NCBI GenBank assembly: GCA_910589305.1 | Contig: CAJUTV010000004.1 | Span: forward strand, 136,299-200,298 | Source: an uncultured Lachnospira sp. | Lineage (GTDB): Bacteria; Bacillota; Clostridia; Lachnospirales; Lachnospiraceae | Direction: 5' to 3' | Length of the DNA: 64,000 nucleotides | Shown: positions 20,022-30,592 of the stretch, in pieces | How the letters are laid out: every line of letters starts with the position of its first letter | Position numbering within the stretch: position 1 is the stretch's first letter | Made by a program: the position numbers and the translations under genes | The notes under the pieces: generated by a model | Databases searched by the model: none | What the model saw: the letters and a program-made list of their open reading frames with translations, nothing else | What the model was told of the DNA's origin: nothing

Positions 20022-20221
20022 TACGTTTACTCCCCTTTCTAATTTTTTCTTTCCGCCAGCAGTGAGCCAAGTGTCATGCTTGCGGAAATATTTAACTTCA
20101 CAAACAATGAGCCAAGCAGACCGTTGACATGTCCGATTGGCAATCATTGTAGGATATTTATTATTATACCAGTATAACATAAATGGTTAAATTATACAAT
20201 CATTCAAAAAGAAAAAGGAAT

Positions 20222-21127
20222 TTATACATTATGAATCAAGGTTTCATATTTTGGCATAAATCCAATACCTGTAGTATATGCGCCTGTATGACAACCTGTA
20301 ATAATACTGACGCGACCATCAAAACGTTCACGGCTTTCAATACACTGAATATTTAGTGCTTCCTCAATATTTTTTCTTAATTCATCTCGTTCTTCATAGC
20401 GATTGGCTGAGCCTGTGCTAAAATGATAAGTTTGTGGGTCAATATTATTGTTTAAAAAGTGTTTTTTAACATTTTCAAATATAGAATTAATTGATTTTTT
20501 TCTTGTTCGGCTTATACCTGCTATATTGAGTTCCCCATTTTTAAGGAAAATGGTTGGGCGAATATTGAGTGCGCCAGTAATCAGTGTAGCAAGTTTTCCA
20601 ATTCGTCCTCCTTTTTTTAAGTAATCCAAATTTTCAATAGTAAATATAACGCTTCCTATACCTGTCATATTTCTAAGAATTTTGACAGCCGTATCAAAAT
20701 CAACATTGTCACGATTCATACGGATTGCCTCATAGACAAGAAGTCCTTGTGCAGCAGAATTTAACTGTGAATTAATAACTTCTATTTTGGCATCGGGATA
20801 ATCTTCTTTTAGCTGCTGTGCTGCAATTCTTGCAGAATTATAAGAGCCGCTAAGTACAGTAGAAATTGTCATAGCAACGACAGGGATATTTTTTTCTACA
20901 TAAGGTAAAAAGGTATCTGTGTAATCTTGAACACTAGGTAGAGAAGTTTTTGGATAAATTTTATTATTAATGATTTTTTGATAAAAATCTTCCACAGAAA
21001 GCTCATATAAGTCTTTATAATAATTTTTTTCATCAAATGTAACATAGAAAGGAACTAATGTAACATCGACAGAATTGGCATAGTCTAGTGTGTAATCACA
21101 TGCAGTATCGCTTATAATTTTAAACAT
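20222..21127 (-). CDS. DegV family fatty-acid-binding protein
   Basis: IISDTACD, PKTSLPS, ISTVLSGSYNSA, YLKKGGRIG, CHTG. Confidence 0.92.
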   Translation of the reverse strand: MFKIISDTACDYTLDYANSVDVTLVPFYVTFDEKNYYKDLYELSVEDFYQKIINNKIYPKTSLPSVQDYTDTFLPYVEKNIPVVAMTISTVLSGSYNSARIAAQQLKEDYPDAKIEVINSQLNSAAQGLLVYEAIRMNRDNVDFDTAVKILRNMTGIGSVIFTIENLDYLKKGGRIGKLATLITGALNIRPTIFLKNGELNIAGISRTRKKSINSIFENVKKHFLNNNIDPQTYHFSTGSANRYEERDELRKNIEEALNIQCIESRERFDGRVSIITGCHTGAYTTGIGFMPKYETLIHNV

Positions 21128-21397
21128 AATAATCTCCATTTCTGCGTTGCCTTTATGTTAAAGTAAATAGTGTTAAGCAACGTCAATTACTAAGTGATAT
21201 AGTTTAATAAAATGTATTATAATAATATTGAATAATATAACACATAGTTTTAAAAACTACAACATATTTTTCTTTTATTATGAAAAATTTTTATTGTAAA
21301 AAGTAGGCATGTATTTAATAAAAGGAAATATTTTCCTGTTTTCAAAATTATGGTATAATGCTTGCTGTGTAATAAGGTGTTTAGAAATGGAGAAGCA

Positions 21398-22042
21398 ATG
21401 AAAATAATAGAAGTCAATAAAAGAGTATTAGAAAAAAATGATGATATAGCAAGCAGATTAAATCAGTATTTGCATGATAAAGGAATTTTACTTATCAATT
21501 TGCTTGGAACGCCTGGTTCAGGGAAGACAACCTTATTAGAGCGGATTCTTGAACGAGTAGATATAAGTAAAATTGCAGTAATTGAGGGAGATTTGTATAC
21601 AGATAGCGATGCAAAAAGGATAGAATCCTTTGGTGTAAAAACAATTCAACTAAATACATGTGGAGCTTGTCACCTTGAAGCTTCTATGATAGAAGAAGCA
21701 ATTTATGAGTTGGATTTAACTAAAATTGAAGTCCTTATAATAGACAATATTGGAAATTTAGTTTGTACAGCAGAATTTAAGTTAGGAGAGGATAAAAGAA
21801 TTACTGTTTTTAGCGTGACAGAAGGAAATGATAAGCCGCTAAAATATCCTCTTATGTTTCAGACAACAGATATTTTAGTTGTCAATAAAATGGACTTGAT
21901 AAGACATACTAATTTTAATATAGAAAGTTTTAAAAAAGACGTATGGGTATTAAACCCACAATGTAGCATTTATGAATGCAGCGCTTATCGTAATGAAGGA
22001 ATAAATGATATAGTGGGCATATTATTCCCTTCAAATGGATAA
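21398..22042 (+). CDS. hypB: Hydrogenase nickel incorporation GTPase
   Basis: [41 protein letters not shown]. Confidence 0.88.
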   Translation: MKIIEVNKRVLEKNDDIASRLNQYLHDKGILLINLLGTPGSGKTTLLERILERVDISKIAVIEGDLYTDSDAKRIESFGVKTIQLNTCGACHLEASMIEEAIYELDLTKIEVLIIDNIGNLVCTAEFKLGEDKRITVFSVTEGNDKPLKYPLMFQTTDILVVNKMDLIRHTNFNIESFKKDVWVLNPQCSIYECSAYRNEGINDIVGILFPSNG

Positions 22043-22188
22043 GGCTTTATTAAAAAATAGTAAGACATGTAAAGAAAAGTAAAATCAGTATATAAGAATG
22101 AAATTAATTTTAAATAAATTAGAATGGTATTTGCCAAAAATTAAAAAGCTTATTCGTTCAAACCTATTGTTTTTATATGGTTGAAGGT

Positions 22189-22542
22189 CTATTTATCAAT
22201 AGTGTCCTCCTCTTTTTTAACAATTGTTTCAAGAAAATTATCAAGTTGAGTTTGTGCCATATTACCCAGTTTTTGATATAATTCAAGATGATGTGCTTCT
22301 TTAAAATTTTTAGGCATCAATGTAATGGTAAATGTTTCTTGTGTACCGTCAGCAGTTTCATAACCAATTAAATAATCAACAGTTGTATGAAAAAAGCTAG
22401 CAAACTGTTTTAGTGTGGCAAAATCAGGTTCAGCAAGACCATTTTCATACTTATAAATAGATTGTTGGCTTAAGCAAAATTGGTCAGCGAGTTTTTGTTG
22501 ACTCAAGCCGCGTTCTTCTCTTAAAGTTCTAAGGTTTTTCAA
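22189..22542 (-). CDS. XRE-family HTH regulator
   Basis: LRTLREERGLSQQKLA..SQQSIYKYENGLAEP..TVDYLIG; TTG start after AAAGGAG. Confidence 0.88.
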   Translation of the reverse strand: MKNLRTLREERGLSQQKLADQFCLSQQSIYKYENGLAEPDFATLKQFASFFHTTVDYLIGYETADGTQETFTITLMPKNFKEAHHLELYQKLGNMAQTQLDNFLETIVKKEEDTIDK

Positions 22543-22885
22543 GGTAATATCTCCTTTCTTTGGCATGTTTTAATATTAACAACATTGCTTATAATATTCT
22601 AAAGGCTTTAAGTAATTCTGTACAACAACCATTTGTGGTTATATAATTTATTAACCAATTGCAAAAAATTATACAAAAAAATGACTATTGATAATGTATA
22701 TAAATAGTGTTACTATAAAAATATAAGTTAATTAAATTTTAAATAAATTATTACTATAAATAAAGGATATAAGCATACAGTAAAACAGATGACAAGTATC
22801 TAGTAATTAGGGTTTAATTTAGAATTTAAAATATTAATTTTTATGATAAATAAAGTAATTTTAAATATAAAGGAAGAGTTAAAGT

Positions 22886-23185
22886 ATGTCTGTACAGGGA
22901 GAAATTAAAGAAAGAACAAAGATAAATATACAAGAACCAAGACGCTATAAAGTGATTATGCACAATGATGATTTTACAACAATGGATTTTGTTGTCGAGA
23001 TATTGATAGATGTTTTTCATAAAGATAACGCAGAGGCGGAACGTTTAATGCTTTTAGTACATGAAAGCGGTAAAGCAACAGTTGGTATATATCCATACGA
23101 TATTGCAGTGACAAAGGTTCAAGTTTCAAAGGAACGAGCAAAGCAAGCAGGGTTTCCATTTCGACTGACAATAGAGGAGGGATAG
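22886..23185 (+). CDS. clpS: ATP-dependent Clp protease adaptor
   Basis: YKVIMHNDDFTTMDFVV, MLLVHESG, GFPFRLTIEE. Confidence 0.93.
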   Translation: MSVQGEIKERTKINIQEPRRYKVIMHNDDFTTMDFVVEILIDVFHKDNAEAERLMLLVHESGKATVGIYPYDIAVTKVQVSKERAKQAGFPFRLTIEEG

Positions 23186-23192
23186 TATCGTC

Positions 23193-25499
23193 ATGAAGAT
23201 GTCAAAGGAAGTAAAAGAAATTTTTAACGAAACAGTATTGATTGCAAACAAGAAACATTATGAGTTTATAACACCAGAACTATTGTTATATATTATTTGT
23301 AATAATCCAATATTTGTGCAGGCTTTTAAAAATTGCGGCGGTAAAATTGATGCTTTACAAGATAATCTAAAAAGTTATCTTGATAAATATATGGACATTG
23401 TAGAAGATAGCAGGCTTCAAAATTCTTGTGAATTTTCACAGGGAATAAAAGAAGTGTTGGCATATGCGTTAGAAATATCAGAGAATGGCGGCAAAAATAG
23501 AGTGGAATTGCCTCATATTATATGTGCTATATATCAGCTTGAGCAAAGTTATGCTGTTTATTATATGAATTTGCAAAGGATAGACCAAACAGAATTGTTG
23601 CAAGAATTGATAATTGCGTATGAGACGATAGCAAATAGAGAATATACGTCCTATAAAAACAATGGTGCTGTATCTAGTAGAAGAAGACATGCTGATTCAA
23701 GTGCTTATCAAGAACATTACAGCAAAGACGATAGGGATAGCCAAGCCGAAGGAACTGCGCAAGAGGCAGTTTGGCATTCATATGCTGTATGTTTAAACGA
23801 TGCATTAGAAGGAATGAATCCATTGATTGGAAGGCAGCAAGAGTTGGAAAGAACCATGCAGATTCTTTGCCGCAAAGAAAAAAATAATCCTCTTCATATA
23901 GGAGAGCCAGGTGTTGGCAAGACGGCAATTACTTATGGTCTTGCAAAGCTTCTTAATGAAGGCAGCGTTCCACAGCCATTAAAGGGAGCAAAGATTTTTT
24001 CTTTAGATTTGGGAAGTCTTTTGGCAGGCACGCAATATCGAGGGGATTTTGAAAAACGTTTTAAGATGGTAATGGATAGTATCAGTAATGAGGAAAATCC
24101 CATTATTTATATTGACGAAATTCATAATATTGTGGGTGCAGGTGCCGTCAATGGCGGAACATTTGATATTTCCAATATGCTAAAACCTTATCTTGTGAGA
24201 GGACATATTCGTTTTATTGGGGCAACTACATATGAAGAGTATAAAAAACATTTTGAAAAAAATAAAAGCTTGGTGAGACGTTTTCAAAATATGGAAATAA
24301 AAGAGCCAAGTATTGAGGATACCGTCAAAATTTTGGAAGGCTTAAAAGATAATTATGAGCGTTTTCATTGTGTTGCTTATAAAAAAGGGGTGCTTCAATA
24401 TGCGGTTGAGATGAGTGCAAAATATCAAAATGAACGGTATCTTCCTGATAAAGCGATTGATTTGATAGACGAGGCAGGTGCATATCGTCAAATTCACCCA
24501 TTGGAGCAAAAATTACAATATGTCAATAAAGAATTGATTGATGAAATTTTATCAAAGACGTGCCGTATTCCAAAACAAGTAGTGGCAAAAGATGAGACGA
24601 AATCACTTGCAACACTTGAAAAACGTATGCTTGATAACGTGTATGGACAAAATGATGCCATATTACAGATTGTCAATGCTGTGAAATTTTCAAGAGCAGG
24701 GCTTTTAGAAGAAGGAAAACCGCTTGCTAGTTTTCTTTTTGTAGGACCAACAGGCGTTGGGAAAACACAGATAGCAAAAAGTTTAGCAAAAGAGTTGGGC
24801 GTAAAACTAATTCGTTTTGATATGAGCGAATATGAAGAAAAACATGCAGTTGCAAAGCTGATTGGTGCGCCGGCAGGATATGTAGGATATGAGGAAGGCG
24901 GACTGCTTACAGAAGAAATCCGAAAAAATCCGCATTGTGTGCTTTTATTAGATGAAATTGAAAAAGCACATCCAGATATTTATAATGTTCTTCTTCAAGT
25001 AATGGATTATGCTACATTAACAGACAATCAGGGAAGAAAAGCCGATTTTAGAAATGTGATTATTATTATGACTTCCAATGCAGGTGCAAGCAGAATTGGC
25101 AAAAAAGGGATTGGCTTTGGCGATGTTGATATAAAGTCGGATATTATTTTAGAGGAAGTAAAACGAATTTTTGCGCCGGAATTTCGCAATCGTTTAAGTA
25201 AGATTATTGTATTTAATACAATTGATGAAAAAATGGCAGAGCAAATTGTTGATAAAAAACTTCGTGAACTTCAAACATTATTGTTAAGAAAAAATGTGAA
25301 AATGAATGTTGATAAAAAGGCAAAAAATCTTATAAAACAAAAAGGAATTAGTGCCGAATTTGGCGCTAGACAGATAGAACGTGTTATTCAAAGTGAAATT
25401 AAGCCATTGATGGTAGACCAAATATTGTTTGGTATGCTAAAAAAAGGAGGCAAGTGCAAGCTAACAACAGTTAGTGGTGATTTTAATATTCAATTTTGA
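23193..25499 (+). CDS. clpA: ATP-dependent Clp protease ATPase subunit ClpA
   Basis: Two Walker A motifs (GEPGVGKT, GPTGVGKT), no ClpB/C middle domain, IGF loop, directly after clpS. Confidence 0.9.
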   Translation: MKMSKEVKEIFNETVLIANKKHYEFITPELLLYIICNNPIFVQAFKNCGGKIDALQDNLKSYLDKYMDIVEDSRLQNSCEFSQGIKEVLAYALEISENGGKNRVELPHIICAIYQLEQSYAVYYMNLQRIDQTELLQELIIAYETIANREYTSYKNNGAVSSRRRHADSSAYQEHYSKDDRDSQAEGTAQEAVWHSYAVCLNDALEGMNPLIGRQQELERTMQILCRKEKNNPLHIGEPGVGKTAITYGLAKLLNEGSVPQPLKGAKIFSLDLGSLLAGTQYRGDFEKRFKMVMDSISNEENPIIYIDEIHNIVGAGAVNGGTFDISNMLKPYLVRGHIRFIGATTYEEYKKHFEKNKSLVRRFQNMEIKEPSIEDTVKILEGLKDNYERFHCVAYKKGVLQYAVEMSAKYQNERYLPDKAIDLIDEAGAYRQIHPLEQKLQYVNKELIDEILSKTCRIPKQVVAKDETKSLATLEKRMLDNVYGQNDAILQIVNAVKFSRAGLLEEGKPLASFLFVGPTGVGKTQIAKSLAKELGVKLIRFDMSEYEEKHAVAKLIGAPAGYVGYEEGGLLTEEIRKNPHCVLLLDEIEKAHPDIYNVLLQVMDYATLTDNQGRKADFRNVIIIMTSNAGASRIGKKGIGFGDVDIKSDIILEEVKRIFAPEFRNRLSKIIVFNTIDEKMAEQIVDKKLRELQTLLLRKNVKMNVDKKAKNLIKQKGISAEFGARQIERVIQSEIKPLMVDQILFGMLKKGGKCKLTTVSGDFNIQF

Positions 25500-25534
25500 C
25501 AAAAAGAAAAATAAAGATTGTTGTGTATAAAAGG

Positions 25535-25577
25535 TTGTATAACAAAAAAATTGTATAACAAAAAGATTGTATAACAA
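25535..25577. repeat. Three TTGTATAACAA boxes at 16-bp period
   Basis: Exact 11-mers at 25535, 25551 and 25567. Confidence 0.8.
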
Positions 25578-25638
25578 TCTTGTTAAAACTTGAGCTGTTT
25601 GCTGCTTTTTAAAAACAGTTGCAGAATGGAGGCTAAAT

Positions 25639-26304
25639 ATGCCCGTTTATTTGTTAAGTAAGAAAGAAATCTATTTTCCAAATCCAATTTTTGCCAGACC
25701 TGACGGGCTGCTTGCTGTTGGAGGAGACTTGAGTGTGGAGCGGCTTTTACTGGCATATAAAAATGGAATATTTCCATGGTATAATCCAGGCGAAGAAATT
25801 ATGTGGTGGTGTCCTAATGAGCGTTTTATTATTTTTCCCAATGAAATACATATTTCACATTCGATGAAAAAATATATTAAAAAATATCAGCCTAGTATAA
25901 AAATAAATAGGGATTTTGCAGATACGATGCATCGCTGTCGAATAAAAAGAGAATTTAATGAGGGGACATGGATTTCAGACGAGATGGAGGACGCTTATTA
26001 TAAGCTGTATGAAAAAGGATATGCGTTGAGTGTGGAATCTTTTGAAAATAATCAACTTGCAGGCGGTCTTTATGGTGTTTGTATTGGACGCTGTTTTTTT
26101 GGAGAAAGCATGTTTTCAGAAAAAGAAAATGGTTCAAAGACAGCGTTAATTTTATTTTCAAAGTGGCTGTGCAGCAATCAATATTTGTTTATTGACTGTC
26201 AATTTCATACACAACATTTAGAATGTATGGGCGGAAGGTATATTTCATGGGAAAAATATGACAAGATGCTGCAAAATGGAATAAAAAATAGAGATAAAAT
26301 ATAA
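25639..26304 (+). CDS. aat: Leucyl/phenylalanyl-tRNA--protein transferase
   Basis: GLLAVGGDLSVERLLLAYKNGIFPW, GTWI, GGLYG, FFGESMFS, IDCQ. Confidence 0.94.
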   Translation: MPVYLLSKKEIYFPNPIFARPDGLLAVGGDLSVERLLLAYKNGIFPWYNPGEEIMWWCPNERFIIFPNEIHISHSMKKYIKKYQPSIKINRDFADTMHRCRIKREFNEGTWISDEMEDAYYKLYEKGYALSVESFENNQLAGGLYGVCIGRCFFGESMFSEKENGSKTALILFSKWLCSNQYLFIDCQFHTQHLECMGGRYISWEKYDKMLQNGIKNRDKI

Positions 26305-26446
26305 AGAATTGACGAAATTTATTAATTTTAGTAGAATAAATATAAATAGCATATAATGTAAGTTGTTCATTTGATTGGTAGATTGAGCAAAAATGGGGAT
26401 TTGTATAAAAATGCTATTTTAAATTTTCATAACAAGGGGGAGAATT

Positions 26447-28633
26447 ATGGAGGCGTTATTAGTTTTAGTCATTGTGGCAGCGTTGCTTGCGCTTGGCTAT
26501 GCAGCTTTCAACTTCATCGGAATCAAAAAGATGGATGAAGGAACTGCTCGTATGTCGGAGATTGCAGAGGCAATCCGCGTGGGAGCAAATGCGTTTATCA
26601 CATATGAATACAAGATAATAGCAGTTGTTGTTGTTATTATTTCTGTTGTATTTGCAGTGATATTCACGGTGCAATATGGTTCATTTAGTTGGGAACCATC
26701 AATATGTTTTATTATTGGGGTGATAATGAGTGCCGCCGCAGGTTGGGTTGGTATGAAAATCGCTACATATTCTAATGTAAGAGTTTCTAATACAGCGCGT
26801 TTAACAAAAAATATTGGCTCTACTTTAAAGGTTGCATTAAAAGGCGGTTCTGTTATGGGACTTTGTGTGGGCGGTTTTGCACTCTTAGGACTGTTTTTGG
26901 TCTATATTATTTTTGGCTATGGTTTGGGACTGATTCGATATGAATTGTTAATTGAAGGACAACATTTGTTTACACAATGTCTTTCATGTTATGCACTAGG
27001 ATGTTCCATTGTGGCGATGTTTAATCGTGTTGGCGGCGGTATTTATACAAAAGCTGCCGATATGGGAGCAGACCTTGTGGGAAAGACAGAAGCACATATT
27101 CCAGAAGATGACCCGCGTAACCCTGCTACGATAGCAGATAATGTAGGAGATAATGTGGGAGATGTTGCAGGACTTGGTTCAGACCTTTTGGAATCTTTTG
27201 TAGGTGCAATTGCTTCATCGGTTATTCTTGCAATTAGTTTAGCATTACATGCAGCCGTTGATGCACAGGCGTCTATTCCATATGACATTTTACAAAAAAT
27301 GATGTATTTTCCGCTTGTATTTGCCGCACTTGGTTTGATTGCTTCAATTATTGGCGTTGCTTTTGTATTGTTTAAGAAAGGCTCGGATAATCCTCACAGA
27401 GATTTAAATATCTCGACATGGAGTGCTGCTGCAATTACTATTATTGGCGGTTTTATTGCTACACAGATGATGTTTAGCGGTATGAATTATAGTTTGACAA
27501 ATATAGGATTTAGTATAGGCTGGATTTCGCCATGGGTTGCGGCATCACTTGGTGTTTTAAGCGGTGTTGTGATTGGTGGAATTGCAGAGTATTACACAAG
27601 TTATGATTATAAACCAACACAGATGATTTCAGAAGCTTCTAAAGAAGGACCAGCGCTTACTATTACACAAGGGCTTGCAGTAGGTATGAAGTCTTGTATG
27701 TATCCGCTTATTATATTAGGTATTACAACTTATGTCAGTTATGCCGTGTCTGGAATGTTTGGCATTGCTATGGCGGCAGTAGGTATGCTTTCTTTTGTAT
27801 CAGCGACCGTTTCTGTTGATACATACGGACCTATCTCAGACAATGCAGGCGGTATTGCAGAGATGGCAGAGCTTGAGCCAGAAGTAAGACAGATAACGGA
27901 TAAGCTTGATTCTGTCGGCAATACAACAGCAGCTATCGGCAAAGGATTTGCCATAGGTTCCGCTTCTCTTGCAGCGCTCTCGCTGATGGTTAGCTTTTTG
28001 TATGCGTTTCAGCCAATAGAAGCAGAGTTGAATTTGAATTTTACAGACCCAAAGATTTTAGCGGGAGCTTTAGTGGGCGGAGCATTGCCGTTTTTGTTTT
28101 CAGGAATGTTGATAGAAGCGGTTGCAAAGGCTGCCAGAAAAATGGTTGAGGAAGTGCGTCGCCAGTTTAAAGAAATTCCAGGAATATTGGAAGGTAAAGC
28201 AAAACCGGATTATAAGACTTGTATTGAAATTTCATCACAAGGTGCGATTAAAGAAATGAAAATGCCAGCCATTATGGCAATTGTTTTTCCATTAGCATCG
28301 GGTTTTCTTTTTGGTCCATATTTTGTTGGCGGTTTGTTAATCGGTGCAACACTCTCTGCAATTATGCTTGCAATTTTTACAGGCAATGCAGGCGGTGCAT
28401 GGGATAATGCTAAAAAATATATTGAGTCAGGAGCGATAAAAGGACAGAAAAAAGGTTCTCCAGCACACGATGCAGCCGTTGTTGGTGATACGGTTGGTGA
28501 CCCATTAAAGGACACTGTAGGACCATCACTTGATATTTTAATTAAAATTATGTCTACAGTATCGCTTGTAGCCGCTGTTTTATTTAGCAAATATAATTTG
28601 TTAGATTTTATAATGGATATATTTAATAAATAA
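26447..28633 (+). CDS. hppA: Membrane pyrophosphatase, K+-dependent, probably Na+-translocating
   Basis: GGIYTKAADMGADLVGK, EDDPRN, DNVGDNVGD, DLLESFVGAI gate, GNTTAA (Ala indicates K+ dependence). Confidence 0.92.
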   Translation: MEALLVLVIVAALLALGYAAFNFIGIKKMDEGTARMSEIAEAIRVGANAFITYEYKIIAVVVVIISVVFAVIFTVQYGSFSWEPSICFIIGVIMSAAAGWVGMKIATYSNVRVSNTARLTKNIGSTLKVALKGGSVMGLCVGGFALLGLFLVYIIFGYGLGLIRYELLIEGQHLFTQCLSCYALGCSIVAMFNRVGGGIYTKAADMGADLVGKTEAHIPEDDPRNPATIADNVGDNVGDVAGLGSDLLESFVGAIASSVILAISLALHAAVDAQASIPYDILQKMMYFPLVFAALGLIASIIGVAFVLFKKGSDNPHRDLNISTWSAAAITIIGGFIATQMMFSGMNYSLTNIGFSIGWISPWVAASLGVLSGVVIGGIAEYYTSYDYKPTQMISEASKEGPALTITQGLAVGMKSCMYPLIILGITTYVSYAVSGMFGIAMAAVGMLSFVSATVSVDTYGPISDNAGGIAEMAELEPEVRQITDKLDSVGNTTAAIGKGFAIGSASLAALSLMVSFLYAFQPIEAELNLNFTDPKILAGALVGGALPFLFSGMLIEAVAKAARKMVEEVRRQFKEIPGILEGKAKPDYKTCIEISSQGAIKEMKMPAIMAIVFPLASGFLFGPYFVGGLLIGATLSAIMLAIFTGNAGGAWDNAKKYIESGAIKGQKKGSPAHDAAVVGDTVGDPLKDTVGPSLDILIKIMSTVSLVAAVLFSKYNLLDFIMDIFNK

Positions 28634-28776
28634 TTTGCATAATCGTTTCATTTATTTTTTAAAAAATTAATAAAATAAATAGTTTAATACTTTATAAATG
28701 GATAGTGAAATGATTATGATTTTATTTTCATAAAAGCATTATATGGTATATAATTATAGAAAATATGGCATTATAT

Positions 28777-28808
28777 TTAGGAGAAGATAAAATCTTCTCC
28801 TAATTTTT
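28777..28808 (+). terminator. Intrinsic terminator
   Basis: ttaggagaagat-aaa-atcttctcctaa plus T run. Confidence 0.65.
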
Positions 28809-28919
28809 AACGTATTTTTTATTTAATTGTAAAAAATAGTTGGTGATATTTATAATACATGATATAATCGCCATATATTGAGAATATTTACAATGATTTT
28901 ATAAAAAAGAGGATAATTT

Positions 28920-29471
28920 ATGAAAGTTACAACATTTTTAACACAAGGATTTGAGACAGTAGAAGCGTTGGCTGTTGTTGATATATTAAGAAGAGCAAAT
29001 ATAACGGTAGAGATGGTTTCTATAACTGGAAACCGCCATGTTACAAGCGCTCAATTCATTACAGTGGAGGCTGATGCATTATTTGAAGAAGTAAATTTTA
29101 AGGATTCTGATGTTTTATTTATACCAGGCGGACCAGGACACAAATCATATTTAGAACACACAGGGCTTCTTGAATTAATTAAAAAACATTGTGCAGAAGG
29201 GAAACGGATTGCGGCAATCTGTGCAGCTCCTAGTATATTGGGAAAATTAGGATTGCTGGAAGGAAAAAAAGCCGTTTGTTTTCCAGGATTTGAGGAAAGC
29301 TTAAAAGGGGCTGATGTGTTGTCAGACCGAGTAGTGACAGATGGCAATATAACAACTTCAAAAGGTATGGGGACATCTTTGGATTTAGGGTTAGAACTTG
29401 TGCGGCTACTAGTAGGACAAGAGGAAGCAGCAAGTTTATCTGATTCTACACAGTATGGAATGTTTCAATAA
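28920..29471 (+). CDS. DJ-1/ThiJ/YajL family protein
   Basis: GFETVEA, IPGG, AAICAAP, VVTDGNITTS. Confidence 0.92.
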   Translation: MKVTTFLTQGFETVEALAVVDILRRANITVEMVSITGNRHVTSAQFITVEADALFEEVNFKDSDVLFIPGGPGHKSYLEHTGLLELIKKHCAEGKRIAAICAAPSILGKLGLLEGKKAVCFPGFEESLKGADVLSDRVVTDGNITTSKGMGTSLDLGLELVRLLVGQEEAASLSDSTQYGMFQ

Positions 29472-29500
29472 ATGAGTTGATTGATAATGGGGTTATAAGA

Positions 29501-30592
29501 ATGAATGATTTTGAGGATGATTATAATATAGAAGAAATAGCCAGACAAAAAGCAAGAAGACGAAAAAGACATGCTATGAAAATGAAAAGGCTAAGGCAAA
29601 AAAGATTAAGAAAAATTAAAGCTTTTCTATTTTTGATATTCGTTGTTTTTATCGTTTGTGTTTCTGGCGTTGTGGGGATGATTCGCGGCGGTGACAGCGA
29701 ACTTAAAGATTCCATTAATGAGAGAGAAACGTTACAAGTAGCGGTAGATAATATAAAAAATCAAGATACAATACAGCAAACAACGATGTCAAAAGTGGAA
29801 AAGAGCAGTAATTATACCAATATTGACAGTGAAAAAATAAATTCTCCTTATATTTCTTTAATTGATGTGAAAAATAATCAATTGATTGCTGGCAGAGAAA
29901 GTGAGACAAAAATATATCCAGCATCGATGACAAAAGTTATGACATTGATAGTAGCAGTAGAAAATGTTAAGAATAAAAATGCTTCTTATACATTTGCATT
30001 TGAGATGTTAAACCGATTATTTTTAGAGGATGCATCCGTTGCTGGATTTTTAGAAAATGAAACGATTGATTTTAACGAATTGCTCTATGGATTGATTCTT
30101 CCTTCAGGGGCAGAGGCAGCAGAAGGGCTTGCAGAGCTTATAGCGGGCAGTCAAGATGCGTTTGTGGAATTGATGAATAAAAAATGTGACGAGCTTGGAC
30201 TGAGCAATACACATTTTATGAATGTATCTGGATTATATGATGATAATCAATATACAACATGTACAGAGATGGCAATGATAATGAATTATGCAATGAAAAA
30301 TCCAGAATGTGCCAAAGTTCTGTCAACGTACCAATATACAACAAAAACTACAGAACAGCATCCAGAAGGTATTTTACTGACAAGTACAATGTTTAGCAGA
30401 ATGTATGGAACAGAAGTTGAGGGCGTAACGATTACAGCAGGTAAGACAGGATATACAAATGAGGCGGGACACTGTATGGTAAGTTATGCGACAAAAGATA
30501 ATAATTCTTATATATGTGTTACTGCCTATGCTGGAAATAAATGGCATTCAATATTTGATTCCTTTGAGATTTATGGGAATTATTTACCATAA
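29501..30592 (+). CDS. D-alanyl-D-alanine carboxypeptidase (peptidase S11)
   Basis: YPASMTK (SxxK), THFMNVSGL, KTGYT; N-terminal basic region plus TM. Confidence 0.88.
   Translation: MNDFEDDYNIEEIARQKARRRKRHAMKMKRLRQKRLRKIKAFLFLIFVVFIVCVSGVVGMIRGGDSELKDSINERETLQVAVDNIKNQDTIQQTTMSKVEKSSNYTNIDSEKINSPYISLIDVKNNQLIAGRESETKIYPASMTKVMTLIVAVENVKNKNASYTFAFEMLNRLFLEDASVAGFLENETIDFNELLYGLILPSGAEAAEGLAELIAGSQDAFVELMNKKCDELGLSNTHFMNVSGLYDDNQYTTCTEMAMIMNYAMKNPECAKVLSTYQYTTKTTEQHPEGILLTSTMFSRMYGTEVEGVTITAGKTGYTNEAGHCMVSYATKDNNSYICVTAYAGNKWHSIFDSFEIYGNYLP

Noticed and set aside
20020..20045. yybP-ykoY riboswitch suggested by AAAGGGGAGTA on the minus strand
   Set aside because: This is simply the Shine-Dalgarno directly before the TTG start; the rest of the motif is missing
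25535..25577. Possible CRISPR array
   Set aside because: Repeat unit is 11 bp with 5-bp A-rich gaps, far too short for CRISPR, and no cas genes are present
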